A DNA stretch of 32,000 nucleotides from Sedimentisphaerales bacterium (GTDB lineage Bacteria > Planctomycetota > Phycisphaerae > Sedimentisphaerales > Anaerobacaceae): positions 64,729 through 96,728 of the forward strand of contig JBELAN010000009.1 in assembly GCA_049508795.1 (NCBI GenBank), written 5' to 3'. Position numbers and translations under genes: made by a program. Below, piece after piece: positions 7,954 to 16,950 of the stretch; position 1 is the stretch's first letter; every line of letters starts with the position of its first letter. Under the pieces are notes generated by a model, which worked only from the letters and a program-made list of their open reading frames with translations, did no database searches and was not told the origin of the DNA.

Positions 7954-10134
7954 TTACCTGCCCATCTGCAGCATACCGGGGCCGATGATTTTGGTTTTGA
8001 CTCTGTCGGTTTTTAAGTTGTACTCAATGCCCGGGGCAAGGGCGCCGTTGAGGAAGCACGGCTGAGATTCGTCACCCCAGGCGGTTATCATAGACTTGCC
8101 GCCGTCATAAAACATTTCGCTGCCCGCAAACTGAACGGTTTTGCCTTTTTTCTCTCTTTCCTCTTCATAAGTGATGCCGCCCTTTGCGCTAAGCGTCGAA
8201 AGCTCATTTTGACCGTTGGCAGTTTCAGAAAGCACAGCTTCCACGTGGTTGGAGGTGGCTGAAGTTTGCTGGCCCTGCTGGCCTTTGATGACAGGGAAGT
8301 AATCGATGAGAATTTGCTCGGCGCCGGCGTCAGCAATAATCAGGTTAGCATCTTTCAGATACTTTAGGGCATCGAAATTCCGCATAACCGCATAGCAAGG
8401 TCTTTGCAGACTGAATCTGCCTACCTCCTTTGCGGGCTCTGCTATCTTGGAGTTATCAACAGCTATAATCCCAGAGCCGGTCGCCAAAAACATCTGCTGG
8501 TTTGCGTCGTAATCAAATTGGAGACACTTTAACTTGGTGAAGCCGAGCAGTTTTTCTCCTGCCCATTTGGAGGTGTCGAGCTGAACCACATCGCCGGTTG
8601 CTGTCAGATGTTTTACATTGGCCTGTGAGCGTTTATCTGCCGTAGGGGAAGCCTCTCGGCTCCTGGATAAATCTACCGTAAGCTTCGAGGAAGAAAGAGC
8701 GTACTTCTGCCGGAAGTCCGTTTCCTCCCGGAGCATCGTGCACAGGACATTACCTTCGAAGATAGCCTGATTCAGCGTCGGCAGGAACCTGGCTTTTTCC
8801 TGGGCTGTTACTTTTACCGGGACGGCGGGTTTACCCGCAATTTTCTCGCGCGGGGTAGGCGTGCCTCCGGGGCCCATTACGTCATTTGTATAAAAGTTAA
8901 GCTCTGATGGGCCGCTGGCAAAGGCTTCCCCAGTAACCATAGAATAGTCAATTTTCCGAGCGACGAATGTGGGCCGGCCCTTTTCATCATTAACACTTTT
9001 GAGGGCTTTGCTCTCAGTTGCAGGCGTTTCGGAAGAATCCATCGGCACAACGATAATACCATCGTCGCAGGTTACAACGATATTTGAATTCGCATCCGCT
9101 GCTTCGGACAGGTCAACAAATTGTTCGGGAGATTTATTCGGCTCACTCTGCGGGGAGGCAGCGCTTTTTTCGGTAACTTCTGCAGTTGTTGTGTTGCCGG
9201 TGGTTTTATTATCAGAATTAACGTCGGAGCTTTTGGACCATAGGATATCGTCGATAGAAACTTCATCGGCAAGAACCAATTGCTCAGGACCATCTATGGT
9301 AACATTTTTCCTGAATACGCATTTGTAATATGCGGCCTTCTTTTTTCCGATTGCTTCTCTGTCTGCGGCAGGCGTTTCTTTTGTTTTTTGCTGCGCTGCC
9401 TGTGCCCCATTGCTGGGACCGGCCGACTTCTGGGCGGCTGTTTCCGGAGAAAACAAAGATGGTTTTGACGCTTTCGACGATTGTTTGATGCGGAGAGTCT
9501 CTAAAGCAATTATTTTAAGGTATTCGAGGTGGTCCTGCTCATCGTTATAGACAATTTCCAGCCCCTTTCCGAGCATTTGAGCGTCCCTGGAAGTGAATTT
9601 GACCGGCCCGGCAGTTGAGAACTGCGATTTATCGCTGATAAAAATAACGTCGTCGAGATAAATAAAACCTTCTTCTATGTTGCTGCCCTTTTCGGGTAAA
9701 ATGTGAATAACGACATTGCCCGTAAGCGTTGCATCCTTTGGCGTAACTTTGCCGACGGCATTTTCAACCTGCACCGTCCCTTTATCGGCCGTCATATAAC
9801 ATTTGAGATTGCCCTGGAAGACGTTCATATACGGCTTTTCAATTTCCCATTCATCTCCTTCGGCGTGCAGAAGTTTTTCGAACCCAAATTCGCGGTCAAC
9901 GCGTTTTTTTGCGTTTAAGTGCGTGTATTTGGCCTTTTGGATTGTGCCAACTCCGACGTCGCCGACTTTTCCTACTCTGCCGTCAGATACAACGGTATTA
10001 CTTTCGGCAGTGGTGTCCCCTGTATCAATTTCTATCGGCGGAGTCCTGCTTATCAGGTTGTAGAACAGATATATTACAAATATCGCCCCTGCTGAAATAA
10101 GCCATACATAGAGTTTTCGGGACTTAAAAACCAT
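7954..10134 (-). CDS. large membrane-anchored protein with LptC/LptA (OstA-like)-type repeats; function inferred
   Basis: The ORF track begins at a TTG at 10173. I prefer the ATG at 10134 (MVFKSRKLYVWLISAGAIFVIYLFYNLI = short basic N-terminus plus one TM helix). GNV-type beta-strand motifs recur (LTGNVVIHI, FEGNVLCTM, ATGDVVQLD), separated by S/A/K/Q/T/P-rich linkers. It sits directly downstream of kdsC, where lptC/lptA sit in E. coli. Confidence 0.55.
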   Translation of the reverse strand: MVFKSRKLYVWLISAGAIFVIYLFYNLISRTPPIEIDTGDTTAESNTVVSDGRVGKVGDVGVGTIQKAKYTHLNAKKRVDREFGFEKLLHAEGDEWEIEKPYMNVFQGNLKCYMTADKGTVQVENAVGKVTPKDATLTGNVVIHILPEKGSNIEEGFIYLDDVIFISDKSQFSTAGPVKFTSRDAQMLGKGLEIVYNDEQDHLEYLKIIALETLRIKQSSKASKPSLFSPETAAQKSAGPSNGAQAAQQKTKETPAADREAIGKKKAAYYKCVFRKNVTIDGPEQLVLADEVSIDDILWSKSSDVNSDNKTTGNTTTAEVTEKSAASPQSEPNKSPEQFVDLSEAADANSNIVVTCDDGIIVVPMDSSETPATESKALKSVNDEKGRPTFVARKIDYSMVTGEAFASGPSELNFYTNDVMGPGGTPTPREKIAGKPAVPVKVTAQEKARFLPTLNQAIFEGNVLCTMLREETDFRQKYALSSSKLTVDLSRSREASPTADKRSQANVKHLTATGDVVQLDTSKWAGEKLLGFTKLKCLQFDYDANQQMFLATGSGIIAVDNSKIAEPAKEVGRFSLQRPCYAVMRNFDALKYLKDANLIIADAGAEQILIDYFPVIKGQQGQQTSATSNHVEAVLSETANGQNELSTLSAKGGITYEEEREKKGKTVQFAGSEMFYDGGKSMITAWGDESQPCFLNGALAPGIEYNLKTDRVKTKIIGPGMLQMGR

Positions 10135-10187
10135 AGCAAACCCATTATGGTAAATGGTAAATTTAATCACCAATCACCAATTACCAA

Positions 10188-10733
10188 TCACATATACCTT
10201 TTCATAAGCTCCTGCCATTTGCCGGCGTTTTTCAAAATGTATTCTATTACTTCTCGCACAGCCCCTTCGCCTCCGCATCGCGTCGTTACATAATCAGCTG
10301 TATCCTTAACTTCATCAACCGCATCGGCAACAGCCGCTCCAAACCCCACATATCTCATTACCGGCAAATCCAGTAAATCGTCGCCAATGTAAGCCGTCCT
10401 CTTCGCCGAAATACCCGCCTGTTCAAGCAGCTTTTTGAGCGCCGGCAGTTTCTCTAAACAATCCTGGAGGCAATAGTCTATATCAAGCTGCTCCGCCCGG
10501 TATTGCGTTGCTTTCGAAAATCTGCCGCTCAAAAAGGCGACTTTCAGCCCTGCTCTTTGCCACATTCGAATCCCGTGACCATCCAGCAGATTGAAGAATT
10601 TACCTTCGCTGCCGTCGTCGTTGATTATTATGGTCCCATCCGTTAGGACGCCGTCAACATCCATAACCAGCAGTTGTATGTCCACAAGGTTTGCTTTTGG
10701 CTCTTCCGGCATTTGATTATCTCGCGCCATCAT
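10188..10733 (-). CDS. kdsC: 3-deoxy-D-manno-octulosonate 8-phosphate phosphatase (HAD-IIIA, YrbI family)
   Basis: LLVMDVDGVLTDG, FNxxDGxGI, YIGDDLLDLPVM, AVADA and GGEGAVREV line up closely with E. coli KdsC. Confidence 0.85.
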   Translation of the reverse strand: MMARDNQMPEEPKANLVDIQLLVMDVDGVLTDGTIIINDDGSEGKFFNLLDGHGIRMWQRAGLKVAFLSGRFSKATQYRAEQLDIDYCLQDCLEKLPALKKLLEQAGISAKRTAYIGDDLLDLPVMRYVGFGAAVADAVDEVKDTADYVTTRCGGEGAVREVIEYILKNAGKWQELMKRYM

Positions 10734-10742
10734 TCTATTATC

Positions 10743-12269
10743 CTACAATTTTACCACACTTCCACGCTCGTTATAACAGACCAAACTGTGTTTTTCACCG
10801 ATGTAATCCGGCTCGGCGTGAATTATCACACGCTTGCCGCTGAGCTGCTCTATCTGTGCAATCGCAACTCGCTTTTCATTCTGCAGGTAGCCGCCAACCT
10901 CCGGCGATACAAACAGCTCAATGCGTTTTATCTGGTCTTTTGATGTCGAAAGATTCAACATTCGAATAATCTCGATAGCCAGTGATTCGTGGCTTTTAAT
11001 AAAGCCCATACCTCCACAGTGCGGGCACGCCAGATAGGTGGTCGATTGCAACGAAGGACGCATTCGCTGCCGGGTCATTTCCACCACGCCAAATCTGCTT
11101 ATCCTCAATATTCTCGAACGGGCACGGTCGGCTTTGACAAAATTACGAAAAACTTTTTCAACATCCCTGCGGTGTCTCTGGCTGCGCATATCAATAAAGT
11201 CGCAAATTATCAGTCCACCAAGGTCTCGCAGTCTAAGCTGCCGGGCTATTTCCGGTGCCGCTTCCATATTTGTTTTGTAAGCGGTTTGCTCGGCGTTTTG
11301 GCCCTTGCGGTATCGGCCGCTGTTGACATCTATCGACACCAACGCCTCGGTTTGCTCGATTACAATTGAACCACCGCCTTTAAGGGCTACCGTGCGGGAT
11401 TGAACCTTAGCGATTTCGTCCTCAATCCGATATTTGTGAAACAGCGGAACTTTACTGTCGTAATACGTTACCCTTTGTTCCAAACGCGGCGTTACTATCG
11501 AAAGAAAATCCCTGATTCTCCTAACAACATTTTCCGAATCACATACTATCTTGTCTATCTTACTGTTAAAAACGTCCCTCAGTGTGCGGGTAACCAAATC
11601 GGATTCCTGGTAAAGCCCGCTTGGCGTCTTTTCAGATTCTATCCGTTTTTCGATAGCAGTCCACAATCTTCTAAGATACCTCAAATCGTTTTGAATATCC
11701 CTTTTTGAGCATCCCTGGCCTGCTGTTCGGATAATAAACCCCATTCCCTTAGGAGGCCTGCTTTCATCAAGAATTTGTCGCAGCCGCACCCGCTCATTAT
11801 CATCTTCAATCTTGTGAGAAATCCCGAGCTTTCGCATCCACGGCATCATAACCAGGAACTTGCCCGGCAAGGCAAGATATGTGCTGAGGGTCGGGCCCTT
11901 GGTGTTCATTCCTTCTTTCGTTACTTGAACAACAAGCTCCTTACCCTTATGAAGACAATTCTGGATAGGCAGCCGCTCCCTTAGCGATTTCCTCCGGCCA
12001 ACGCTTTCGGTAAAGTTGCTGTCGGCACCGGCAAAATAACGAGGATGCAGGTCGCTGATATGAAGGAAACCGTTCTTCCCCGTCCCACAGTCTATAAACG
12101 CCGCCTGTATCCCGGATTCAATGTTCACCACCCTTCCCTTGTAAATATTGCCGACATGGCTGCTCAGACTCGTCCTTTCTACATACAGCTCTTCGAGCGA
12201 ACCGTCTTCGACTATCGCTACCCTGCACTCTTCACTCTCAGCCACGTTTATTAGCATCTCTCTTGCCAT
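10743..12269 (-). CDS. rng: ribonuclease G/E family endoribonuclease
   Basis: S1 domain GNIYKGRVVNIESGIQAAFIDCGTGKNGFLHISD, a catalytic core with IDVNSGR, and a Zn-link CPHCGG. I place the start at the ATG at 12269 (MAREMLINV) because GAGGA lies 7 nt upstream. The ORF-track start at 12323 adds 18 unsupported residues. Confidence 0.9.
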   Translation of the reverse strand: MAREMLINVAESEECRVAIVEDGSLEELYVERTSLSSHVGNIYKGRVVNIESGIQAAFIDCGTGKNGFLHISDLHPRYFAGADSNFTESVGRRKSLRERLPIQNCLHKGKELVVQVTKEGMNTKGPTLSTYLALPGKFLVMMPWMRKLGISHKIEDDNERVRLRQILDESRPPKGMGFIIRTAGQGCSKRDIQNDLRYLRRLWTAIEKRIESEKTPSGLYQESDLVTRTLRDVFNSKIDKIVCDSENVVRRIRDFLSIVTPRLEQRVTYYDSKVPLFHKYRIEDEIAKVQSRTVALKGGGSIVIEQTEALVSIDVNSGRYRKGQNAEQTAYKTNMEAAPEIARQLRLRDLGGLIICDFIDMRSQRHRRDVEKVFRNFVKADRARSRILRISRFGVVEMTRQRMRPSLQSTTYLACPHCGGMGFIKSHESLAIEIIRMLNLSTSKDQIKRIELFVSPEVGGYLQNEKRVAIAQIEQLSGKRVIIHAEPDYIGEKHSLVCYNERGSVVKL

Positions 12270-12326
12270 CGCTTTATCCTCATATATCGGGGTTTGCCCC
12301 CCTAATAGCAAACTACAATTCACAAA

Positions 12327-12980
12327 TTACGATTCACTCTCATGCCATTGTACTCTCGTCCGCCTAATCGGCGCCGACAGCATATTGTAGTCCAGTTCCA
12401 GCAGCTCCAGAATCTCATCAACGCGTATCGAACCAGCCGAGCTGATTTTGCACTCTACAGCTATACCTGCGTCGTCTAATTCAATCGATTTCAGGAAAGG
12501 CCTGGCATCTATGTTTTTGAATCTCGAATTTTCGGGGCTCGTTCGCCGCTGGAGATTAAGATTTTCACTTGCCAACAAACGCTCAATCCTGCTCTTTAAC
12601 TTTTCGCCAAGATATTCCTCCCGCACCGCCAATAAATATGTTGCCTGGCAAGGTTGGACTGAGGCCTTCGCTTTTGCTGTTCTGACCGTGAGCAGCTCAA
12701 AACCATCAGGTAATTGCTCCGAAAGCCCGGTTTTGATTAAAGTGCCTAAATCACATTCCTCTGCTCCTGTGTTTTTCTCTATCCGAAGACACAGCAAATC
12801 ATCATCTACCTCAATCCCCACACTTCTTGGCAAGGGCAGGGATAGCTTCGGACGAGGATTGAATCCTTCACTATACAGCACTTTTATACCCCCTCGGACG
12901 CACGCTCGCTGAAAGACCCTAACCATTTCAGCGTGCGATAAGAATCTCAGATTACCACGGACCTTGAATTCAATCAGCAC
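12327..12980 (-). CDS. TIGR03936/DUF2344 family radical-SAM-associated protein
   Basis: The N-terminus KVRGNLRFLSHAEMVRVFQRACVRGGIKVLYSEGFNPRPKLSLPLPRSVG is the signature of this family. The family is commonly found next to rng/rne. Confidence 0.75.
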   Translation of the reverse strand: MLIEFKVRGNLRFLSHAEMVRVFQRACVRGGIKVLYSEGFNPRPKLSLPLPRSVGIEVDDDLLCLRIEKNTGAEECDLGTLIKTGLSEQLPDGFELLTVRTAKAKASVQPCQATYLLAVREEYLGEKLKSRIERLLASENLNLQRRTSPENSRFKNIDARPFLKSIELDDAGIAVECKISSAGSIRVDEILELLELDYNMLSAPIRRTRVQWHESES

Positions 12981-13058
12981 CAGGATAGTTTCGTTTGAAA
13001 CGGTTATGTGTCTATCTCCTTAATCTCCAATTCACTGCCTATGGCATAGCCATTTTTA

Positions 13059-14798
13059 TCAGAAAGCTTCTGGCAAAATCTTTCTCGCAGCATCACGCAG
13101 ATAGCTTGAAATCTGCCTTTCAGAGTTCATACCAAGCACCGCTCTGGCTACATTGTTGCAGTCTTCTATCGTAACTGAGCGAATAATTTGTTTTATCTCC
13201 GGTATCATCGGCGGAGTAAGTGAAATCGTCCGCACTCCCATCCCCAGCAGCAGCATAATATACTCCGGCTCAGAGGCCATTTCTCCGCAGACACTAACCT
13301 CTATTTGCGCTTTGTGCGCGTCCTGAATAACCGTCCTGATAAGCCGCAGCACCGCAGGGTCCACCGACGAATAAAGCGTGGAAACCAGCTCATTACCCCT
13401 ATCGACAGCCAGAGTATATTGAATAAGGTCGTTCGTTCCGATGCTAAAAAAATCGACATCTCTTGCAAAAGTAAAGGCCGTCAGAGCCGCCGAGGGCGTC
13501 TCAATCATCACCCCTATCTTAACGTCTCTATTGTATGGTATGGATTCCTCGTCAAGGTCTTCCATAACATCACGCAAAACCATTTTCGTCTGCATCAATT
13601 CCTGAAGGTGTGTAATCAGCGGGAACATTATCTTGACCTCACCGAGAACCGATGCTCGTAAGATTGCACGCAATTGCGTTTTGAACAACGTGAGGTTCTG
13701 CAGGCAGAATCTAATCGACCGAAGTCCCAGGAAAGGATTTGGCTCCGGTGCAAAGCGTTTGCTTTGTGTGTATTTGTCCGCTCCAAGGTCCAAAGTTCTT
13801 ATTATCACCGGCCGCTGCTTAAAGACCCGGACGGTTTCAGCGTAAGCGTTATAATGGTCTTCTTCGGTAGGTTCGCTCGGCCTGTTGAGGAATAAAAACT
13901 CCGTGCGGTATAACCCGATGCCTTCGCCGCCTTTTTGCAGAATTACTTCCGCTTCAGCGGGGAACTCGATATTGCCTAATAAAGTTATTCTCACACCGTC
14001 GCGGGTCTTGGCCGGCTTTCCCCTTATCGCATCAAGCCGGTGCTCGAGCTCTACGAACTCGCGGGAATAATCTTCATACTGCCGGACTGTCTCATCATCC
14101 GGATTTACAATGACAATGCCTCGATTCCCGTCGATGACAACGGTATCACCCCCGGTGATGATCTCTGTAAGGTCTTCCAACGCCACCACCGCCGGGATAC
14201 CAAGTGACCGCGCAACGATAGCCGTATGGCTTGTCCGTCCGCCTGCATCGGTAGCAATGCCTTTTACAAACTTCTTGTTAAATCCTGCGGTTTGGGTGGG
14301 ACTTAAGTTTCGGGCAACAACCGCAACCTCTTCGGTCAAACGCTCAACATCTTCACGCTTACCGCCGAGAAGCTGCCTGAGCAAACGTCTTTCAATATCA
14401 TAAATATCTGCTGCACGTTCGCTGATGTAAGCATCTTTTATTTTGGTAAAATGTGATGCAATATCTCGCAGAGTCGTAGAGACAGCGAACTCGGCCGTAA
14501 CCGATTCCGAATGTATCAAATCCGTTATTCTCTTCCGCAGACTCCTGTCGCGCAGGAAACTCAAATGAACAGCAAAGATATCTTTTATTTTACGCTGTTC
14601 TATTGTCTTTTGCTCTGCTTTCAGTTGGGCTAATTCGTCAGCCGCTGCCTTAAAAGCGTTCCTCGCTCGCTGAATTTCTATCATTCGCTGTGGGGGCTTT
14701 ACGGAACGCCGGGGAATTCGATAGTCTTCGGAATCAATAATCAGCGATTTGGCAATGGCAATGCCCGGCGAAACAGCTACTCCTTTTTTTATTTCCAT
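13059..14798 (-). CDS. ptsI: phosphoenolpyruvate-protein phosphotransferase (PTS enzyme I)
   Basis: The active-site region GGRTSHTAIVARSLGIPAVV, YRTEFLF, and the PEP-utilising C-terminal domain (IGTNDLIQYTLAVDR, CGEMA) are present. There is no N-terminal GAF domain, so it is the PtsI type rather than the PtsP type. Confidence 0.92.
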   Translation of the reverse strand: MEIKKGVAVSPGIAIAKSLIIDSEDYRIPRRSVKPPQRMIEIQRARNAFKAAADELAQLKAEQKTIEQRKIKDIFAVHLSFLRDRSLRKRITDLIHSESVTAEFAVSTTLRDIASHFTKIKDAYISERAADIYDIERRLLRQLLGGKREDVERLTEEVAVVARNLSPTQTAGFNKKFVKGIATDAGGRTSHTAIVARSLGIPAVVALEDLTEIITGGDTVVIDGNRGIVIVNPDDETVRQYEDYSREFVELEHRLDAIRGKPAKTRDGVRITLLGNIEFPAEAEVILQKGGEGIGLYRTEFLFLNRPSEPTEEDHYNAYAETVRVFKQRPVIIRTLDLGADKYTQSKRFAPEPNPFLGLRSIRFCLQNLTLFKTQLRAILRASVLGEVKIMFPLITHLQELMQTKMVLRDVMEDLDEESIPYNRDVKIGVMIETPSAALTAFTFARDVDFFSIGTNDLIQYTLAVDRGNELVSTLYSSVDPAVLRLIRTVIQDAHKAQIEVSVCGEMASEPEYIMLLLGMGVRTISLTPPMIPEIKQIIRSVTIEDCNNVARAVLGMNSERQISSYLRDAARKILPEAF

Positions 14799-14817
14799 CG
14801 CAAACTTCTACCAAATC

Positions 14818-15144
14818 TTAACCTTTTTTGCGTTCGTCTGGTGTCGGCTCGTCGAAATGCCTTTCTTCCACAAGCTCTCGCAGAGCATCGACGGCTTGTT
14901 GTGCATCTGCACCTTCAGCTTTAATTTTTAGCTTGGTGCCACAGGTTGCGGCGAGCATACTCATCTGCATAATACTCTTGCCGTCCACGTTGTTTTCGTT
15001 GTTGCTAACCGTAATATCACACTCAAACCGGTTTGCAACATCAACAAATTGCATCGCAGGGCGCATATGAAGTCCCTCTGCATTTTTTATCTCAACTCCC
15101 GTTTCACAAACTACTTTTTCCAATGTATTTTCTTCCGCCTGCAT
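14818..15144 (-). CDS. ptsH: HPr family phosphocarrier protein
   Basis: The His-15 motif is NAEGLHMRPA and the Ser-46-like region is GKSIMQM. At 108 aa it has short N- and C-terminal extensions relative to canonical HPr. Confidence 0.85.
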   Translation of the reverse strand: MQAEENTLEKVVCETGVEIKNAEGLHMRPAMQFVDVANRFECDITVSNNENNVDGKSIMQMSMLAATCGTKLKIKAEGADAQQAVDALRELVEERHFDEPTPDERKKG

Positions 15145-15189
15145 TTGCAGGTCTCGTGCTCCCTGTATTACATCCGCAAATTCGTATTA

Positions 15190-15669
15190 TTATAAAGACG
15201 GATTTTCATCGGCCTCTCTGAGAAGGTCTTCAATCTCCTCAGCCGTTTTTGATTGTCTAAGGAATCTGCGGAATTTCTCCACCTGCAAATGCTTGAAGAT
15301 TCTCTCCATTACCTGTAAATGTTTGTCCGGATTGTCAACAGGACTAATTATCAGTATCACCGAATAAACCGGCCGTTTGTCCAGCGAAGAAAAATCAATA
15401 CCAACACTGCTTTGACCAACCGTAGCAAGCACATCTTTAACCGCCTTATGTTTCACGTGAGGCACAGCAACACCCTTACCCATGCCTGTACTTGCTTCAT
15501 TTTCTCTTTTTATAACTGCCTTAATAATTTCTTCACAATTTCCTTTTCCTTTGCCGAGCCGGTCGGCTTTATAAAGAGCCGAGACAAGCTCTGCTATCAC
15601 GCCGTTACGGTCCCTGGCTTTCAACTCCGGAATTATCGCCTCAAAACATATAAAATCTGCAAATTTCAT
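15190..15669 (-). CDS. ptsN: PTS IIA-like nitrogen-regulatory protein (EIIA-Ntr)
   Basis: EIIA(Fru/Ntr) fold motifs are present, with the phosphorylatable His in GKGVAVPHVKH. It lies directly downstream of hpf, as in the enterobacterial rpoN operon. Confidence 0.8.
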   Translation of the reverse strand: MKFADFICFEAIIPELKARDRNGVIAELVSALYKADRLGKGKGNCEEIIKAVIKRENEASTGMGKGVAVPHVKHKAVKDVLATVGQSSVGIDFSSLDKRPVYSVILIISPVDNPDKHLQVMERIFKHLQVEKFRRFLRQSKTAEEIEDLLREADENPSL

Positions 15670-15753
15670 CTTATCTCTCTGGAATTACTCCTTAACCGCC
15701 CTGCCTATCTAAGTCACAATCGCAAAACATAATTATTATCGTAAAAATGCAAG

Positions 15754-16074
15754 TTATGCTAACTCTGTCCCCCCTGTGTATTTGTTGTCACGCTCCTTCC
15801 CCTTTTTCCTTCTAAGCTGTCTTTCAAGTTTATGAACAGCTGTGTCAATACAACGGTAAATGTCTTCGCCGGTTTCGGTAACAACGAAAATCTTACGATG
15901 TTCACCTCTTGCAATTATTTCCACGCTCGTATTGCCGTTTTGCTCACCGTCGATAATTACCTCAATCTGGTTGATGCTGTTGTAGTATTTAGGAAGCCTG
16001 GATGTTTTTTCCTCTGCATACTTTTTGACGGCTTCTGTTATACCGATATGTTTGCCACTAATTGTGAAAAACAA
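15754..16074 (-). CDS. hpf: ribosome hibernation promoting factor / RaiA family (TTG start)
   Basis: (M)FFTISGKHIGITEAVKKYAEEK...KLERQLRRKK is typical of short HPF. The AAGGAG RBS lies 7 nt upstream of the TTG at 16074. Confidence 0.85.
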   Translation of the reverse strand: MFFTISGKHIGITEAVKKYAEEKTSRLPKYYNSINQIEVIIDGEQNGNTSVEIIARGEHRKIFVVTETGEDIYRCIDTAVHKLERQLRRKKGKERDNKYTGGTELA

Positions 16075-16112
16075 ATTTTGTCTCCTTAAACTTCATTCCA
16101 ACAGAACCAGTT

Positions 16113-16844
16113 TTATTCTTTGGCTGCCAACACGGAATTCAACAAAGCTCCGGATTTATTGCCTTCGCTCAACTGACTACTCGGCGATATGACCCCTCCG
16201 CTAACGATAAACCTAAGTGCATCTTCTATTGTCATACCGGCATCTATAACTTCATCTTTCGGGACCAATACCACAAAACCTGTAATTGGCGAAGGTGCGT
16301 GGGCAATAAAAACAGTCAAAAATTCTTTTTCCTCTTTATCTACTATTTTTTTAATCCCTGGGCCGGTAACCATCCCAATTGCCCACAAACCTTTTCGTGG
16401 GAATTCAACTAAAACCACCCTCGAAAACAACTTTTCCTGCTCTTCCGGGCTTAGCAGAAAATCGGTAATTTGTTTTACGTAAGGATAGACCTGCCTTAAA
16501 AACGGCGTCCTCATTATGAACTTTTCAACCATTCGCCACAGCGTTCTACCCACAACACTGGCTAACATTGCACCCACTATACACACCACAACCAGAGCTA
16601 TAAGAAAACCTGCTATAGACCCCCACCCCTGCACCCAGAATTTAACCATATCCTCTTTGGTAAGGTATTGCTGCTCACCCTGTAAGAGCATTACCAACCG
16701 AACTATCCCGCGATTTACATAGACGCTGATGTTTTCCTGGATGAACTTGTAGCCCCACACGAATATCCAGATTGTTACAACGGTCGGCAGTAACACCGCC
16801 AGCCCACGCAAAAAGTAGCTTCTAAAACGTCCGGTATTACGCAT
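16113..16844 (-). CDS. DUF502 family membrane protein
   Basis: The N-terminus FLRGLAVLLPTVVTIWIFVW, a second TM segment and the PSPITGF motif are characteristic of DUF502. Confidence 0.7.
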   Translation of the reverse strand: MRNTGRFRSYFLRGLAVLLPTVVTIWIFVWGYKFIQENISVYVNRGIVRLVMLLQGEQQYLTKEDMVKFWVQGWGSIAGFLIALVVVCIVGAMLASVVGRTLWRMVEKFIMRTPFLRQVYPYVKQITDFLLSPEEQEKLFSRVVLVEFPRKGLWAIGMVTGPGIKKIVDKEEKEFLTVFIAHAPSPITGFVVLVPKDEVIDAGMTIEDALRFIVSGGVISPSSQLSEGNKSGALLNSVLAAKE

Positions 16845-16950
16845 ATTTTTAACAACAAGTCCTTTGCTGTTATCAGGTTATCGATTTTCAGCTAACCCCG
16901 ATACACTGGGGCCGGGCAACAAAACCCCCTCCTGCCCGGAATACCATAAC

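Noticed and set aside
12270-12323. N-terminal extensions suggested by the ORF track for rng (12323), the ATPase (27350), dacB (20900), the acyltransferase (21127) and the protease (29689)
   Set aside because: The internal starts give canonical family N-termini or signal peptides. They also have better RBS or promoter context, and two of the upstream starts coincide with promoter hexamers.
12448-12912. 154-aa ORF on the + strand antisense to the TIGR03936/DUF2344 gene
   Set aside because: The opposite strand carries the family signature (FLSHAEMVRVFQRA...GFNPRPK). The antisense translation is S/R-rich and low-complexity.
14221-14250. R1-like string cttgtccgtccgcc inside ptsI
   Set aside because: It encodes the universally conserved enzyme I active site GGRTSH on the - strand. 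The resemblance to ggcggacaag is coincidental and is not an inserted repeat.
16890-16935. Hairpin ccgggca-N14-tgcccgg between the flippase-like and DUF502 genes as a terminator or attenuator
   Set aside because: No T-tract follows on the transcribed (-) strand, and the large loop makes it weak. It is probably incidental.
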